Shown here one piece after another: positions 1 to 9,437 of a stretch of 32,000 nt of DNA. Position 1 is the first letter of the stretch, and every line of letters starts with the position of its first letter. A program made the position numbers and the translations under genes. The notes under the pieces were generated by a model. The model made no database searches, was not told where the DNA came from, and was given only the letters and a program-made list of their open reading frames with translations. The DNA comes from an uncultured Opitutales bacterium (lineage in GTDB: Bacteria > Verrucomicrobiota > Verrucomicrobiia > Opitutales > Intestinicryptomonadaceae): NCBI GenBank assembly GCA_934613415.1, contig CAKTSY010000001.1, positions 90,001 through 122,000 on the forward strand. The letters run 5' to 3'.

Positions 1-1
1 G

Positions 2-415
2 TGGCTAATTTCAAAGCAAAATGCCGACGGCGGCTGGGGCGAAAGCATTGCATCTTATATGGAGCCAAAATATTCGGGTACGGGCATTCCCTCTACGGCG
101 TCGCAAACGGCGTGGGCTTTAATGGCGTTAAATTCCACCAACGACAAAAGCTATAACGAATATATTAAAAAAGGCGTAAAGTTTTTGGAAAATTCCATGA
201 ACGAAGACGGCACTTGGAACGAGCCGTATTATACGGGCACGGGCTTTCCGGGCTACGGATTGGGAGCTAAGGTAGACTTGCGCAACGGCGCGCCCCTGCC
301 GCAGGGCAAAGAATTGGCAAGGGGCTTTATGCTAAACTATAATTGGTATAGACACTATTTCCCCCTAATGGCTTTGGGCAGAGTAAGAGCCAGCAAAAAG
401 TTGGAAGAACAATAA
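2..415 (+). CDS. shc: Squalene-hopene cyclase, C-terminal fragment (5' end outside window)
   Basis: The frame is open from the window edge. The translation WLISKQNADGGWGES...GTGFPG...NYNWYRHYFPLMALGR shows a QW-type DGGWGE repeat and a C-terminus typical of class II terpene cyclases. A TAA stop is followed by a hairpin and T-run. Confidence 0.8.
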   Translation, partial: WLISKQNADGGWGESIASYMEPKYSGTGIPSTASQTAWALMALNSTNDKSYNEYIKKGVKFLENSMNEDGTWNEPYYTGTGFPGYGLGAKVDLRNGAPLPQGKELARGFMLNYNWYRHYFPLMALGRVRASKKLEEQ

Positions 416-451
416 CCAACCAAAAAATCTCCCCTTAAAAAACCAACAAAA

Positions 452-490
452 ACGCAGCAACTTTTTCGGTTGCCGCGTTTTTTGTTTTTT
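452..490. terminator. Bidirectional rho-independent terminator between convergent genes
   Basis: Stem ACGCAGCAAC/GTTGCCGCGT (one mismatch). It is flanked by an A-run on the left and a T-run on the right, between the shc stop and the stop of the minus-strand 90-aa gene. Confidence 0.55.
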
Positions 491-535
491 TGGGATAAGG
501 AATTGCTTAAAATAGCTTATTTCTTTGCATATTTT

Positions 536-808
536 TTACTTGTTGTAACCGCGTACTTCAAACCCCAAATCCTTCAAGGCTTTTGCCGCTGTGTGCGAAA
601 TAAAATTGTCGGGGCCAATGCTGTCATTGCTGCTTATCGAATTATGGGCAAGTTCGCATACATATTTTACAGGGTAGTCTGCATTACTGTTTGGATTGCA
701 AACGGTAATGCTTCTTGCGTCTCTGCGTTCGGGAATACCGTTTTCGTCTATATACTTCATTGCCGACACGACAGAATCAGCTGTTATATTCAGTTTCATA
801 TATTCCAT
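536..808 (-). CDS. Small standalone protein. It resembles the N-terminal DNA-associated domain found on ScoMcrA/HNH-type restriction proteins (tentative).
   Basis: 90-aa ORF with a protein-like composition. The pattern ...G.P.R.ARS......YPVKYV...AH......F......L..LGFEV matches my recollection of that domain family. The overlapping plus-strand ORF 470..835 looks spurious. Confidence 0.4.
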   Translation of the reverse strand: MEYMKLNITADSVVSAMKYIDENGIPERRDARSITVCNPNSNADYPVKYVCELAHNSISSNDSIGPDNFISHTAAKALKDLGFEVRGYNK

Positions 809-890
809 AGTTTTATCCTTATTTTCCCTTATTAGTATGAATTGGTTTGTTTAATGTCAAATCAATATACGAGGCCGAAAAATTCTTTAA

Positions 891-2159
891 CTAAAGCGAT
901 TTTTGTTTGGGTCGGTGCTTAAAAAATTCTTCTAAAATTTCTTTCTTTTGCTTTTCGTACTTGGTTTTGTCGGGCTCGAACGAATAAATATTTATTTCAG
1001 ATTCGAAGTGCTCGTCCTGAAAATTTCTATCGCTAATAATTGCATATGAAGCAACAATATTATCTTTAACAATATACCTCATATAGGTTCCTTTCGGCGT
1101 TATTATACTGCCAAAATTCCGTATTCCGACAAAGTAATGTCCTACCGTATCTTGCCCCTCGAAACCAAAAAAATAAAGATCTGACGATGTAAATGTGCCG
1201 CCGCCGTTGTCCAAACATTCTATAACTTGTAGGTTATTAGACAACGCACCAATATAGTTCAAATAAAGAAACCCTGCATATGTTCCATCCTCGTTTTTTC
1301 GACTATAATCAATAATATTTTCTTTAATTTCAACGCTGCCTCGAATAAAAAATCTATTGCTTTGACCGGGATCTACCAGCCATATCCCGCTTGCATTGTC
1401 GCTCATCCAAGCTATCATCTCGTTTATAGCGCATACATTAACAAGGTGTTTTTTTTCAAAACCGGCTTCGTTTCTGCTTGATTTTGGCAAGGAATTGTAA
1501 TCAACCAAAAATTTATCTTCGTTAAAAACATTTTTGTTTTTAACGCGGTAACTCCACTCGACTGATTCTTGGGGAATAAATGTAAACGGCGACTCTTCTT
1601 GCGAAAGCAAATTTTTTGGGTTAACATAGGTTAAATCGTGTTCGTTTATTTCGGCAATTTTGCCATAATAAAGCTCGTAATAACATCTTGCCCCAAAATC
1701 GGTTAACGAAGCCGTCAGCATAAGTTCAAAGGCTTTTGATGGAGCTTTTTCAACCCCAACGCCTTCGTTTAACATAAGAGCATACATAAGAAATGCCTGA
1801 GAATTTTCGCATTGCATTGCAAGACGAAGCAAAAAAATTGCCTTTTTAATATCGGGCACAATTTTCAGTCTTTTGCCTGCGGTTAAATACTTACTTAAGT
1901 CACTATAATCGATATATTGAAAACCCCATACCCTTTGCGCCAAATGTTTTTTGCCGAAGTAAATAATAGCCAAATCCATCTGCAAATCTTTATCTTTTGC
2001 AAGCGAAGTCTTCTTAAATTCCTTTTCTGCACTTTTAAAGTTTTCAGAATAGATTTTATTAAAATCTTCATTTGCACGGGCAATTTTATCGTCGCTACTT
2101 ATGGCAAACGAAGTATATGTGAAAAAGCAAGTTATAAATATAAAGCAAATAAGTTTCAT
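891..2159 (-). CDS. Secreted Sel1-like repeat protein, function unknown
   Basis: N-terminal signal-like segment MKLICFIFITCFFTYTSFA. Sel1/TPR-like repeat AFLMYALMLNEGVGVEKAPSKAFELM. Long uninterrupted ORF. Confidence 0.55.
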   Translation of the reverse strand: MKLICFIFITCFFTYTSFAISSDDKIARANEDFNKIYSENFKSAEKEFKKTSLAKDKDLQMDLAIIYFGKKHLAQRVWGFQYIDYSDLSKYLTAGKRLKIVPDIKKAIFLLRLAMQCENSQAFLMYALMLNEGVGVEKAPSKAFELMLTASLTDFGARCYYELYYGKIAEINEHDLTYVNPKNLLSQEESPFTFIPQESVEWSYRVKNKNVFNEDKFLVDYNSLPKSSRNEAGFEKKHLVNVCAINEMIAWMSDNASGIWLVDPGQSNRFFIRGSVEIKENIIDYSRKNEDGTYAGFLYLNYIGALSNNLQVIECLDNGGGTFTSSDLYFFGFEGQDTVGHYFVGIRNFGSIITPKGTYMRYIVKDNIVASYAIISDRNFQDEHFESEINIYSFEPDKTKYEKQKKEILEEFFKHRPKQKSL

Positions 2160-2272
2160 TGTATAAAAAATTTGAAATGCGGCTATCTTGTTTGACGTTT
2201 TTTATGTATAAATTATATAGTACAGTTTTTCGCAAAAAGGCTGCAAGTGCTTACCACAAAATTGCTAAAAAA

Positions 2273-4897
2273 CTATTTTTTTAGCATATAAAATTTTATG
2301 TCGCCCTTTTTAAGGGTTAATGTAAGCGAATTTGTTTGGGCTATTTCTTTGTTTTCAAAAATGTCGCAAACTTTGTAGGTGTCGAACAAGTCTATTTTGT
2401 AGACGCCGTCTTTTGCGGCGCAAACCGAAATAAAATTGCCGTTGCGGTATACGGCAACGCCAATACTTGAATATATTGGTGCATTTGCCAGTTTGGCGGC
2501 ATATCTAAAAAGCTCGGCAGGCATTTTGGTTATAGAGCAAAACATATTGTTTTTGCGCACAACAACCGCCGGGCTTTTGTCTTTTAAGGTTGCAAGAACA
2601 ATGTCGCCCTTTTCTACCTTAGGCACAAGCATTTGCACTTTTTTATTTAACCCGAAGCTTTTGGGCAAGCCAGCGGCAAACCCCTCTTTTGTAGCGTAGG
2701 CTTTTGCCTCTAATTCTTCGCTGGTGAGCGTAACCTTAAATGTTGTAAGTTCTTCTACCGCCTTTAACGAGAATTTATTTTCGCTTAAATCTATATAGCC
2801 CGAAAGCCACGGCCAAATGTTAAAGGTGTTTTTTGTGCGCTCTTTTAAAAGCTTGCGGCTTTTTTTGTCTAGGGCATATACGCCCGAAAATACGTTAACC
2901 TTTGCGAGCGAGCCGTTTTCTAAAATGTCACTTAAAAGATATTGCCCAAAGGGAATTGCCGTGCGGTTAAGCGTCGGTCGTATGTCGAACAAAAGCGGCT
3001 TGCTGCATTTTGCCGAATTGCCGCTGCCGCCAACCATACAAAGCGAGGCTTCGTCGTAAACAAGGGCAATTTCAGGCGCAAACGGTTTTTTAGGAAAACG
3101 CTTTTCAAGCTCTACAATTTTTTGCATTTGCCGCCAAAGCACGGGGTCTGCAAACCAGCCCGAGCCGAACAAGTCCATATACCAGCTAGACATATTTCTT
3201 ATAAACTGTTGCGACAAGTTGCGCCGCAAAATCTTTACCGTTTTTGCCTGAGTGTCTACTTCATCTTCTGCGCCGGCATACGAGCCTTCCGGGGCAAGGT
3301 ATGTTGAAGTGTCGTCTTCGTCTAGCCAAAGTTTGCCGTAACGCGCAATGCTTTCGGCGGCTCCCATTGCGGTTTTGCCGCCGCCGAACATTCTGTCGCA
3401 ATAGGAAATTGGCCCGCAAATAATGTCGGCAGTGTTCGACTTTAAAATTTTGTTTAACGCATAGTGCCCCGAAACTGCGGGCCCGTTGTATACGCCCGAA
3501 AATTCGCAGCCGTAGCCGTAAAAGCTAAGCACCAACCTGTTGGGAGCCAGTTCTTTTACGCAACTATTTAGCAGAATTACAATGTCGGCCATTTCGTCTT
3601 GTAAAAACAGATTAAAATCGGCAACGTTGGCGTGGGTTTGCAAGTTTATAAGCTCTTTTGTTGAATTGCGCTCGGCAGGTTCGGGAACTGTTGCCGAATT
3701 TATTGTTATTAAATTTTTGCCCCAAGCCTTTTGCAAATTTAAATCGCTTTTATATTTGTTTTTAAGCCACTTGCGAAACGCAATTTGTGTGGAAACATCG
3801 TAGCCGAAAAGTTCCCTTTTCCAAGTATTTGCATAAAACCATTCGTGCGTATTGCCGCCCGTTGGGTGGTAGCCCGCCATATTCGAACCGTAATTTTTTT
3901 CGGAAAACTCTATTAACGCCTTTAAAGCCTTAAGCGAATATTGCCTATATTTTAACGACGAAACCGACGGGTTTTTAGTGTCTATTTTGCCGTTGTCGTA
4001 GCGCATCATTGCATCGGGGTTTGCCCTGCACCAGTCGGCATTGGGGTAAAAGCGTATGCGCGGTATAAGTTTTGCCTTTGGGTTTGCCTTTAAAACGGCG
4101 TCGTATTTTGCCTTAATTGCGGTAAAATCGGGCTCTTTGCCTTTTTGCGAATACGGGGCGTCTATTTCGAATGTTACAAAATCTACCCCGGCTTTTGCCG
4201 CAAGCTTAATTTGCCAGTTAAACGAATCTTTGCCTATTTGCCCCAACAAAGAGTAGTCTTGGCACTGTTTTCTAAAACCCAAATCGAATTGGCAAATGCG
4301 GTTTGCCCTTATTTTTACCGACACTAAATATTTGTTGTTTTTGCGCACGGGCGGGCATTTATAGTATAGGTGAAAGCCGTCCATTTCGTCGGTCTTTGGT
4401 TTTTTAATATCCAAAAGCAAAAATTTTTTGCCGTTTTCGGTTTGGTTTTGCAAAGTTAGCGGCAACTGCTTTTTGCCGAAGCCTTTGCACCAATATTTCA
4501 TATTTTTGTCGGGCAAAGTTCCCGACAAATCCAAACTGCGCTCTGTTTTGCCCGTGGTAAGGTTTTTTACCTCTATTTGGGCTATGTAAACCTTTAAATT
4601 TTGCTTGTTAAACCTAAAGTGAAGCGCGCATTTTTCTACATCGTAGGGGGCTGTAAATTCGAATTTAAAGTCTTTAAAGCTTTCGCCAAGTTCTTCGCTT
4701 GTAGAGCCTTTTGTAACATATACCATGCGCTGGCATATGCGCTTGCCGTTTTCGGTTATATAGGCTACATTGTTTTCGCTTACAAGCTTGTAGGCGTTGC
4801 TCGATTTTTTAAAGAAAAGCAAAACCACGGCAAAAATTGCAAATGTGCAAAATGCCGCAAAAACTATATAGAAAAACTTTTTATATCTACCCAACAT
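2273..4897 (-). CDS. Membrane-anchored glycoside-hydrolase-like protein (TIM-barrel, GH42-like; family tentative)
   Basis: 874-aa ORF with an N-terminal TM anchor (FYIVFAAFCTFAIFAVVLLFF). Internal segments (DFVTFEIDAPY..., WFYANTWKRELFGYD, LVLSFYGYGCEFSG) are reminiscent of beta-galactosidase-type hydrolases. The family was not verified. Confidence 0.6.
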   Translation of the reverse strand: MLGRYKKFFYIVFAAFCTFAIFAVVLLFFKKSSNAYKLVSENNVAYITENGKRICQRMVYVTKGSTSEELGESFKDFKFEFTAPYDVEKCALHFRFNKQNLKVYIAQIEVKNLTTGKTERSLDLSGTLPDKNMKYWCKGFGKKQLPLTLQNQTENGKKFLLLDIKKPKTDEMDGFHLYYKCPPVRKNNKYLVSVKIRANRICQFDLGFRKQCQDYSLLGQIGKDSFNWQIKLAAKAGVDFVTFEIDAPYSQKGKEPDFTAIKAKYDAVLKANPKAKLIPRIRFYPNADWCRANPDAMMRYDNGKIDTKNPSVSSLKYRQYSLKALKALIEFSEKNYGSNMAGYHPTGGNTHEWFYANTWKRELFGYDVSTQIAFRKWLKNKYKSDLNLQKAWGKNLITINSATVPEPAERNSTKELINLQTHANVADFNLFLQDEMADIVILLNSCVKELAPNRLVLSFYGYGCEFSGVYNGPAVSGHYALNKILKSNTADIICGPISYCDRMFGGGKTAMGAAESIARYGKLWLDEDDTSTYLAPEGSYAGAEDEVDTQAKTVKILRRNLSQQFIRNMSSWYMDLFGSGWFADPVLWRQMQKIVELEKRFPKKPFAPEIALVYDEASLCMVGGSGNSAKCSKPLLFDIRPTLNRTAIPFGQYLLSDILENGSLAKVNVFSGVYALDKKSRKLLKERTKNTFNIWPWLSGYIDLSENKFSLKAVEELTTFKVTLTSEELEAKAYATKEGFAAGLPKSFGLNKKVQMLVPKVEKGDIVLATLKDKSPAVVVRKNNMFCSITKMPAELFRYAAKLANAPIYSSIGVAVYRNGNFISVCAAKDGVYKIDLFDTYKVCDIFENKEIAQTNSLTLTLKKGDIKFYMLKK

Positions 4898-4951
4898 ATA
4901 TCGAATAATGAATTTTTAGGCAGGCTACAAAAAACGCGTTTTTTTAACAAC

Positions 4952-4986
4952 AAAAAAATGCGGCAAACTTTTTAGGGTTAGCCGCA
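4952..4986 (-). terminator. Rho-independent terminator downstream of the FadL-family gene
   Basis: On the minus strand, stem UGCGGC/GCCGCA is followed by seven U. Confidence 0.5.
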
Positions 4987-5009
4987 CTTTTAGGTAAAAT
5001 GCTTATATA

Positions 5010-6251
5010 TTAAAACTTGTAGCCAAGTTGTACGCCAAACACGTTTATGTGCGCCGAATAGCTTCCCTGCAAATTCGACACAAGGCCGCGCCTGTCTATT
5101 GCGCTGTTGTCTAGAACAAAGATATATGTATAGGAAATGTCGAATGTCCAATTTTCGTACTTATAGCCTAGGCCGCACGCAAGCCAAAGCCTGTCGGCGC
5201 AGGGAATTCTAGAAGTTCTGTCTTGCGGACTGGGCACGGGACATTCGTCGTAGCAAATGCCAAAACGCAAAGTTATGTCTTCGGTAGGATACATATGTAT
5301 ACCTGCCGACACCCTAGAGGTGTCTACCCAGTTTTCAACCTCGGTGATTGTGCGCCCGCCCAAGCTTAAGCCCTTAATTGTAAGGTTGTCGAAAACCGAC
5401 CAGGTTATATACGAATATTCCGCCATAACCGCAAACATATCAAAATCGCCGCGCAAACGCTGGTATATGCCTATTGTGAAAGTGTCGGGCATGTGCATAT
5501 CGGCGGTAATGTCGGCAATGTTGGTGCTGCCAAGGGTTGCCTCGCCCGACAAAGTGTGGTCTATTGCGCTGCGCCACTGAAAACCTATGCGGCCGTCTTC
5601 GGCATATTTTACTGTAAAGCCTATGTTGCCGCCAACGCTCCAGCTATCGCCGTGTAGCTTAAGCCTGCTGTTTGTTAGCGGAAACCAGTTTGTTAATGTG
5701 CAATAGCTATATTGCGCGCTAACGCCGCCGCTAATCGAAAACCATTCGTTTACCTTGTACGACACGCTGGGGTTTACGTCTACCGTCATTAAAAAGCTGC
5801 GCAAAGCCTGGTCGCGCCCTACCCAGTCTTCTTTATAGTCAGACTCTAAACCCCACGGAGCCGTACACGAAAGCGAAGCCCCCCAATTTTCGTTAAACTT
5901 GTGCACAACATAAAAATTGGGCACTTTAGAAGTTACCGCGCATTGGCCGTCGTAGTTTGGGCCAGCTGGAACTGTAGAACCGTTGTCGCTAAAGGCTAGC
6001 GAAGGGTCTACAATAAACCCTCCTATGTTTACCAAAGTTTCGCCGTCTTTAAGCGGCATAAATGCTATTGTTGAAGGGTTCCAAAACGCAGCCGAGGCGT
6101 CGTTATTTGAGTTTACCGTTGCCCCCGCAAAGGCTGTGCCCATATTTGCAGCGCCTTGCTCTACAACCTGATACCCCGCGCCAAAAAGGCTTGTGTTTAT
6201 TCCTGCAAGCGAAATGCCTGCAATGCTTATATATTTATTTAGTGATTTCAT
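5010..6251 (-). CDS. Outer-membrane FadL/OmpP1/TodX-family hydrophobic-compound transporter
   Basis: Signal peptide. N-terminal hatch motif GAGYQVVEQGAANMGTAFAGATV. Beta-strand-rich alternating pattern. C-terminal ...QLGYKF with a terminal aromatic residue. Confidence 0.8.
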   Translation of the reverse strand: MKSLNKYISIAGISLAGINTSLFGAGYQVVEQGAANMGTAFAGATVNSNNDASAAFWNPSTIAFMPLKDGETLVNIGGFIVDPSLAFSDNGSTVPAGPNYDGQCAVTSKVPNFYVVHKFNENWGASLSCTAPWGLESDYKEDWVGRDQALRSFLMTVDVNPSVSYKVNEWFSISGGVSAQYSYCTLTNWFPLTNSRLKLHGDSWSVGGNIGFTVKYAEDGRIGFQWRSAIDHTLSGEATLGSTNIADITADMHMPDTFTIGIYQRLRGDFDMFAVMAEYSYITWSVFDNLTIKGLSLGGRTITEVENWVDTSRVSAGIHMYPTEDITLRFGICYDECPVPSPQDRTSRIPCADRLWLACGLGYKYENWTFDISYTYIFVLDNSAIDRRGLVSNLQGSYSAHINVFGVQLGYKF

Positions 6252-6474
6252 TTTATGCGCACAATAAAAATGAACGGGCGTTCACTGTCAAGACTAAAGC
6301 TTTTATTTGGTTTAAATTTTATTTATAAATAAAAAAACGCACGCCGAAAGCCCCACGCATTTCCGCGAAAAAGCAATTTTCCAACTGCTTTATTTGCAAA
6401 TTGTTATAATGTTTCAAAGCTCTTTAAAACTTTACGGGCTTTCCCCAGCATGAAACAATAAAAAATTTAAACTT

Positions 6475-7368
6475 TTATCTATAAAACAAAACCAAAAACG
6501 CGGCAAAAAACAAAAATATTGCACCAATAAGCCGTCGGACAGCAAATGCAAACGAAACTTTTTTCATTTCAAAATTGCCGAAAACTGCGCCGAAAAGCCA
6601 CGCTATAAGTATTGTAAAAAGCCCCCTGGTAGACACCAAAATATTTGCCAAAACCGCCCCGCCCTTCGAGACCGAAAGCGAATAGCAAAAAAGAACGTCT
6701 TTTAAAATCATCAAGGCTGCCCCTAAAAGCAGAATTGCAACAGTTGCCCGTGAAGCATTTTTTAACTCTTTTTTTGCAACCGGCAAAAGCGGCAAACTAA
6801 GCGGCAATAAAATAATGCTTAGCGATGAAATAAAGAATAATACCCCCATTTTTGAGGCGTTCTCCTGCATAACAATATCCATTGCAGCCCAAGCTGCCGC
6901 GGCAAATATTGCAAAAAAAACCGGTAAAAACTCTTTTTTAGAAACTTTAAGTTTTTCTGTCCCAACAAACAAAACCCCTGCAACCGATAAAATTGCAGCC
7001 AAAAACCAAATATCGGAAATGTGTCGCTGCGTGAAAATTGACGCAAAAATTGCAACCAGCAAAGTTTTTACGCCCAAAACGGGGTTTACAACCGTAATAT
7101 CTCCTTTCGAAAATGCGACATAGTTTGCATATTGCCCTGCCAAATATATAACCGCGCAAAGCAAAACATATTTAAAGCAATGCAATGTTGCCAAATTAAA
7201 AGTGGCAATAAAAAGCGGCATATACACCACAAAAATCAGCGCATTTATAACAAAGCAAACCGTTAATGCCCCAATTTTGCCGTTTGTTGCCCTTTTAACA
7301 AGCAAAGATGCCACGGCATATACTACTGCCGACACCAAAGGAAACCCCACTGCCACAAAATCTTCCAT
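6475..7368 (-). CDS. EamA/DMT-family membrane transporter
   Basis: 297 aa with about 10 hydrophobic helices in two similar halves, as is typical of drug/metabolite transporter proteins. Confidence 0.7.
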   Translation of the reverse strand: MEDFVAVGFPLVSAVVYAVASLLVKRATNGKIGALTVCFVINALIFVVYMPLFIATFNLATLHCFKYVLLCAVIYLAGQYANYVAFSKGDITVVNPVLGVKTLLVAIFASIFTQRHISDIWFLAAILSVAGVLFVGTEKLKVSKKEFLPVFFAIFAAAAWAAMDIVMQENASKMGVLFFISSLSIILLPLSLPLLPVAKKELKNASRATVAILLLGAALMILKDVLFCYSLSVSKGGAVLANILVSTRGLFTILIAWLFGAVFGNFEMKKVSFAFAVRRLIGAIFLFFAAFLVLFYR

Positions 7369-7511
7369 TTTTTAAGAAAAAATTATAGCGCAAATTCGAG
7401 CAAGCATTTTTTGTAAACAAAAATAAAAATGCAATTTACACTTTTAGGCTAATACAAAAGCCACCGGCATTTATACACAAAAAAACCGCCATTAAGCGGC
7501 GGTTAAAAATT

Positions 7512-7586
7512 TGGAGGTACGAGTCGGAATCGAACCGACGAATAAGGATTTTGCAGACCCTCGCCTTACCACTTGGCTATCGTACC
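7512..7586 (-). tRNA. tRNA-Cys (GCA), CCA encoded
   Basis: The reverse complement folds as a cloverleaf: acceptor GGTACGA/TCGTACC, anticodon stem AGGGT/ATCCT, loop CTGCAAA (anticodon GCA), T-arm GTCGG-TTCGATT-CCGAC, and 3' TCCA. A hairpin plus U-run follows at about 7478-7506. Confidence 0.9.
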
Positions 7587-7686
7587 ATCAAATAAAAACG
7601 CAAAGAAAATATATTTTAGGCAAGCTTTGCAAGCTTTTTTTTAACATACCTGTAAATTTTGTCTCTTTCGCGCTTTTTTTGCAAAA

Positions 7687-8376
7687 TTAGAACGAAACTT
7701 GGTACAATTCGTTTAGGGTTTTCTTTAGCTCGGCTTCGCTTAGCCAAATTGGTTCTGAACCATACCACATAAGATATTCGCCCGTTTGCTTGTTGTAACC
7801 CGAAATCATTGTATCGGCCCAAATTCTGCCTTTCTTAAAGCTTTTAACTTCGTTCTTTTTAAGGATTTTTACCCATTCGGCCATTTTTTCGGCCCCTTCG
7901 GGGCGGTCTTTTGTGCGCAGTGCAATTTTCTCGTACGAGGGGTGGTCTGCCGAAACATAGGCAAACAAAGGCAGGCCTTCGTCGAGCTTCATTCTTACAT
8001 TGTTTGCCGAAAACGAAATCATTTTAAGCTTTATATTTTTAGACGCCAAATAGGCTTTCGAAACCGCCATAATAGACGCAATTTTGTTCGTCGCGCCCTT
8101 GTTCATTTTTTCCGAAAACTTTTCGAAATCCATATCGGGGTCTACATAAGTCAACAAAATTGCAAGATATGGCGACAGGTGCCTGCTTTCCAACCCCTTT
8201 GGGGCAGAGTCTGGAAGCTTTATCATAACATCGCCGTTCTTTGCGGTTTTGTCTACATTTTCTAGCAGGCTTTCCCTAATCTCTTTTTTAGAGACCTTTG
8301 TCTTTGCCGCATCGTCGGCAAAAGAGAAAGCGCAAGCAACAAATATTAAAAGAAGAGAAATAATTTTAGTTTTCAT
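7687..8376 (-). CDS. Secreted hypothetical protein
   Basis: 229-aa ORF with signal peptide MKTKIISLLLIFVACAFSFA. No family recognised. Confidence 0.55.
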   Translation of the reverse strand: MKTKIISLLLIFVACAFSFADDAAKTKVSKKEIRESLLENVDKTAKNGDVMIKLPDSAPKGLESRHLSPYLAILLTYVDPDMDFEKFSEKMNKGATNKIASIMAVSKAYLASKNIKLKMISFSANNVRMKLDEGLPLFAYVSADHPSYEKIALRTKDRPEGAEKMAEWVKILKKNEVKSFKKGRIWADTMISGYNKQTGEYLMWYGSEPIWLSEAELKKTLNELYQVSF

Positions 8377-8441
8377 TTTTTTACATTGGTTGAAATTCTA
8401 TAGATATTAGGCGGTACAATTCAAGCAAATAATTATACTTT

Positions 8442-9323
8442 TTATTTCAAAATTCGCATTTCCAATTCAAGTTTTATCTTAAATTTTTCGCACACACATT
8501 TTTGTATGTGTTCGGTTAAACGCAAAATATCCGCCGAAGTTGCGTTGTTTTCGTTTAAAACCCAGTTGGCGTGAACGTTGCTTACAATAGCCCCACCCAC
8601 CGAAAAGCCTTTTAAATTGCATTTGTCTATATAATAGCCCGCCGAAACGCCGTTTACATTTTTAAATACGCTGCCTACGTTTTTATTGTTCTTTGGCTGG
8701 CGCAATTTTCTTTGCTCTATTGCCTGCCTAATTTTTTCGGAAATATTTAAGTCTATATTAGGCGTGTAAAATTTTGCCGAAAGAAGTGCATAGTTTCCCT
8801 GCTGCAAAACGCTGCTTCTATAATTAAAAAGCATATCGCTTTTACCTAGTTGAACAACTTTTTGCGTTTTTAAGTCTATGGCTATGGCACTTACAAATAA
8901 AGACGAAATTTCCAGCCTTTCGGGCTGCGAAATGCCTGCATTCATACAAATTGCCCCGCCTATGCTACCGGGTATGCCCGCAAGGAAATCTACATTGCCC
9001 ACATTGTTCTTAGCCCAAAATGCCAACAAACTGGGCAGCGGCATAGAAGCTAAAACCGTTGTATAGCCGTCCAAAAATTGCGGTTCGCTAATGCAGGGCT
9101 TAAAGTGTATAAGCAAAAAATCGCTTGGGTTGTCTGCAACCAAAGTGTTGTATCCGCCGCTCAATATTTTAACGGGCAAAGACTTTTTTGCCGCAAAATC
9201 CAACGCCCTTTCGAGAACATCAACGCCGCAAGAGCCTGCGTCTAGATAATAGCGGCAAGCCCCGCCGCATTTAAAACCGCAAAATGGGGCAAGCAAAACA
9301 TTCTCTTTAATAAATTCGGGCAT
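8442..9323 (-). CDS. murB: UDP-N-acetylenolpyruvoylglucosamine reductase
   Basis: 293 aa. Has FAD-binding and MurB motifs FKCGGACRYY, GGYNTLV, LAGIPGSIGGAICMNAG and GSVFKN. Confidence 0.85.
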   Translation of the reverse strand: MPEFIKENVLLAPFCGFKCGGACRYYLDAGSCGVDVLERALDFAAKKSLPVKILSGGYNTLVADNPSDFLLIHFKPCISEPQFLDGYTTVLASMPLPSLLAFWAKNNVGNVDFLAGIPGSIGGAICMNAGISQPERLEISSLFVSAIAIDLKTQKVVQLGKSDMLFNYRSSVLQQGNYALLSAKFYTPNIDLNISEKIRQAIEQRKLRQPKNNKNVGSVFKNVNGVSAGYYIDKCNLKGFSVGGAIVSNVHANWVLNENNATSADILRLTEHIQKCVCEKFKIKLELEMRILK

Positions 9324-9437
9324 CTAAAAAATATTCAAAAATAAAAAATCTTTCGTTCAAGAAAAAAACGCAAACGGTTCAAACAAAGCAAAGCGTGGTT
9401 TTTTGTTGCCTGCAAACAAATATATAACGGCTTTGCT

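Noticed and set aside
470-835. Plus-strand 121-aa ORF, and the many 60-170-aa ORFs nested antisense or out of frame inside larger genes (e.g. 1424..1627, 2436..3307, 9335..10390, 15363..16105, 17192..17717, 24268..27731, 30078..31271)
   Set aside because: They overlap longer ORFs that carry clear family motifs, and they have skewed low-complexity composition and no independent support.
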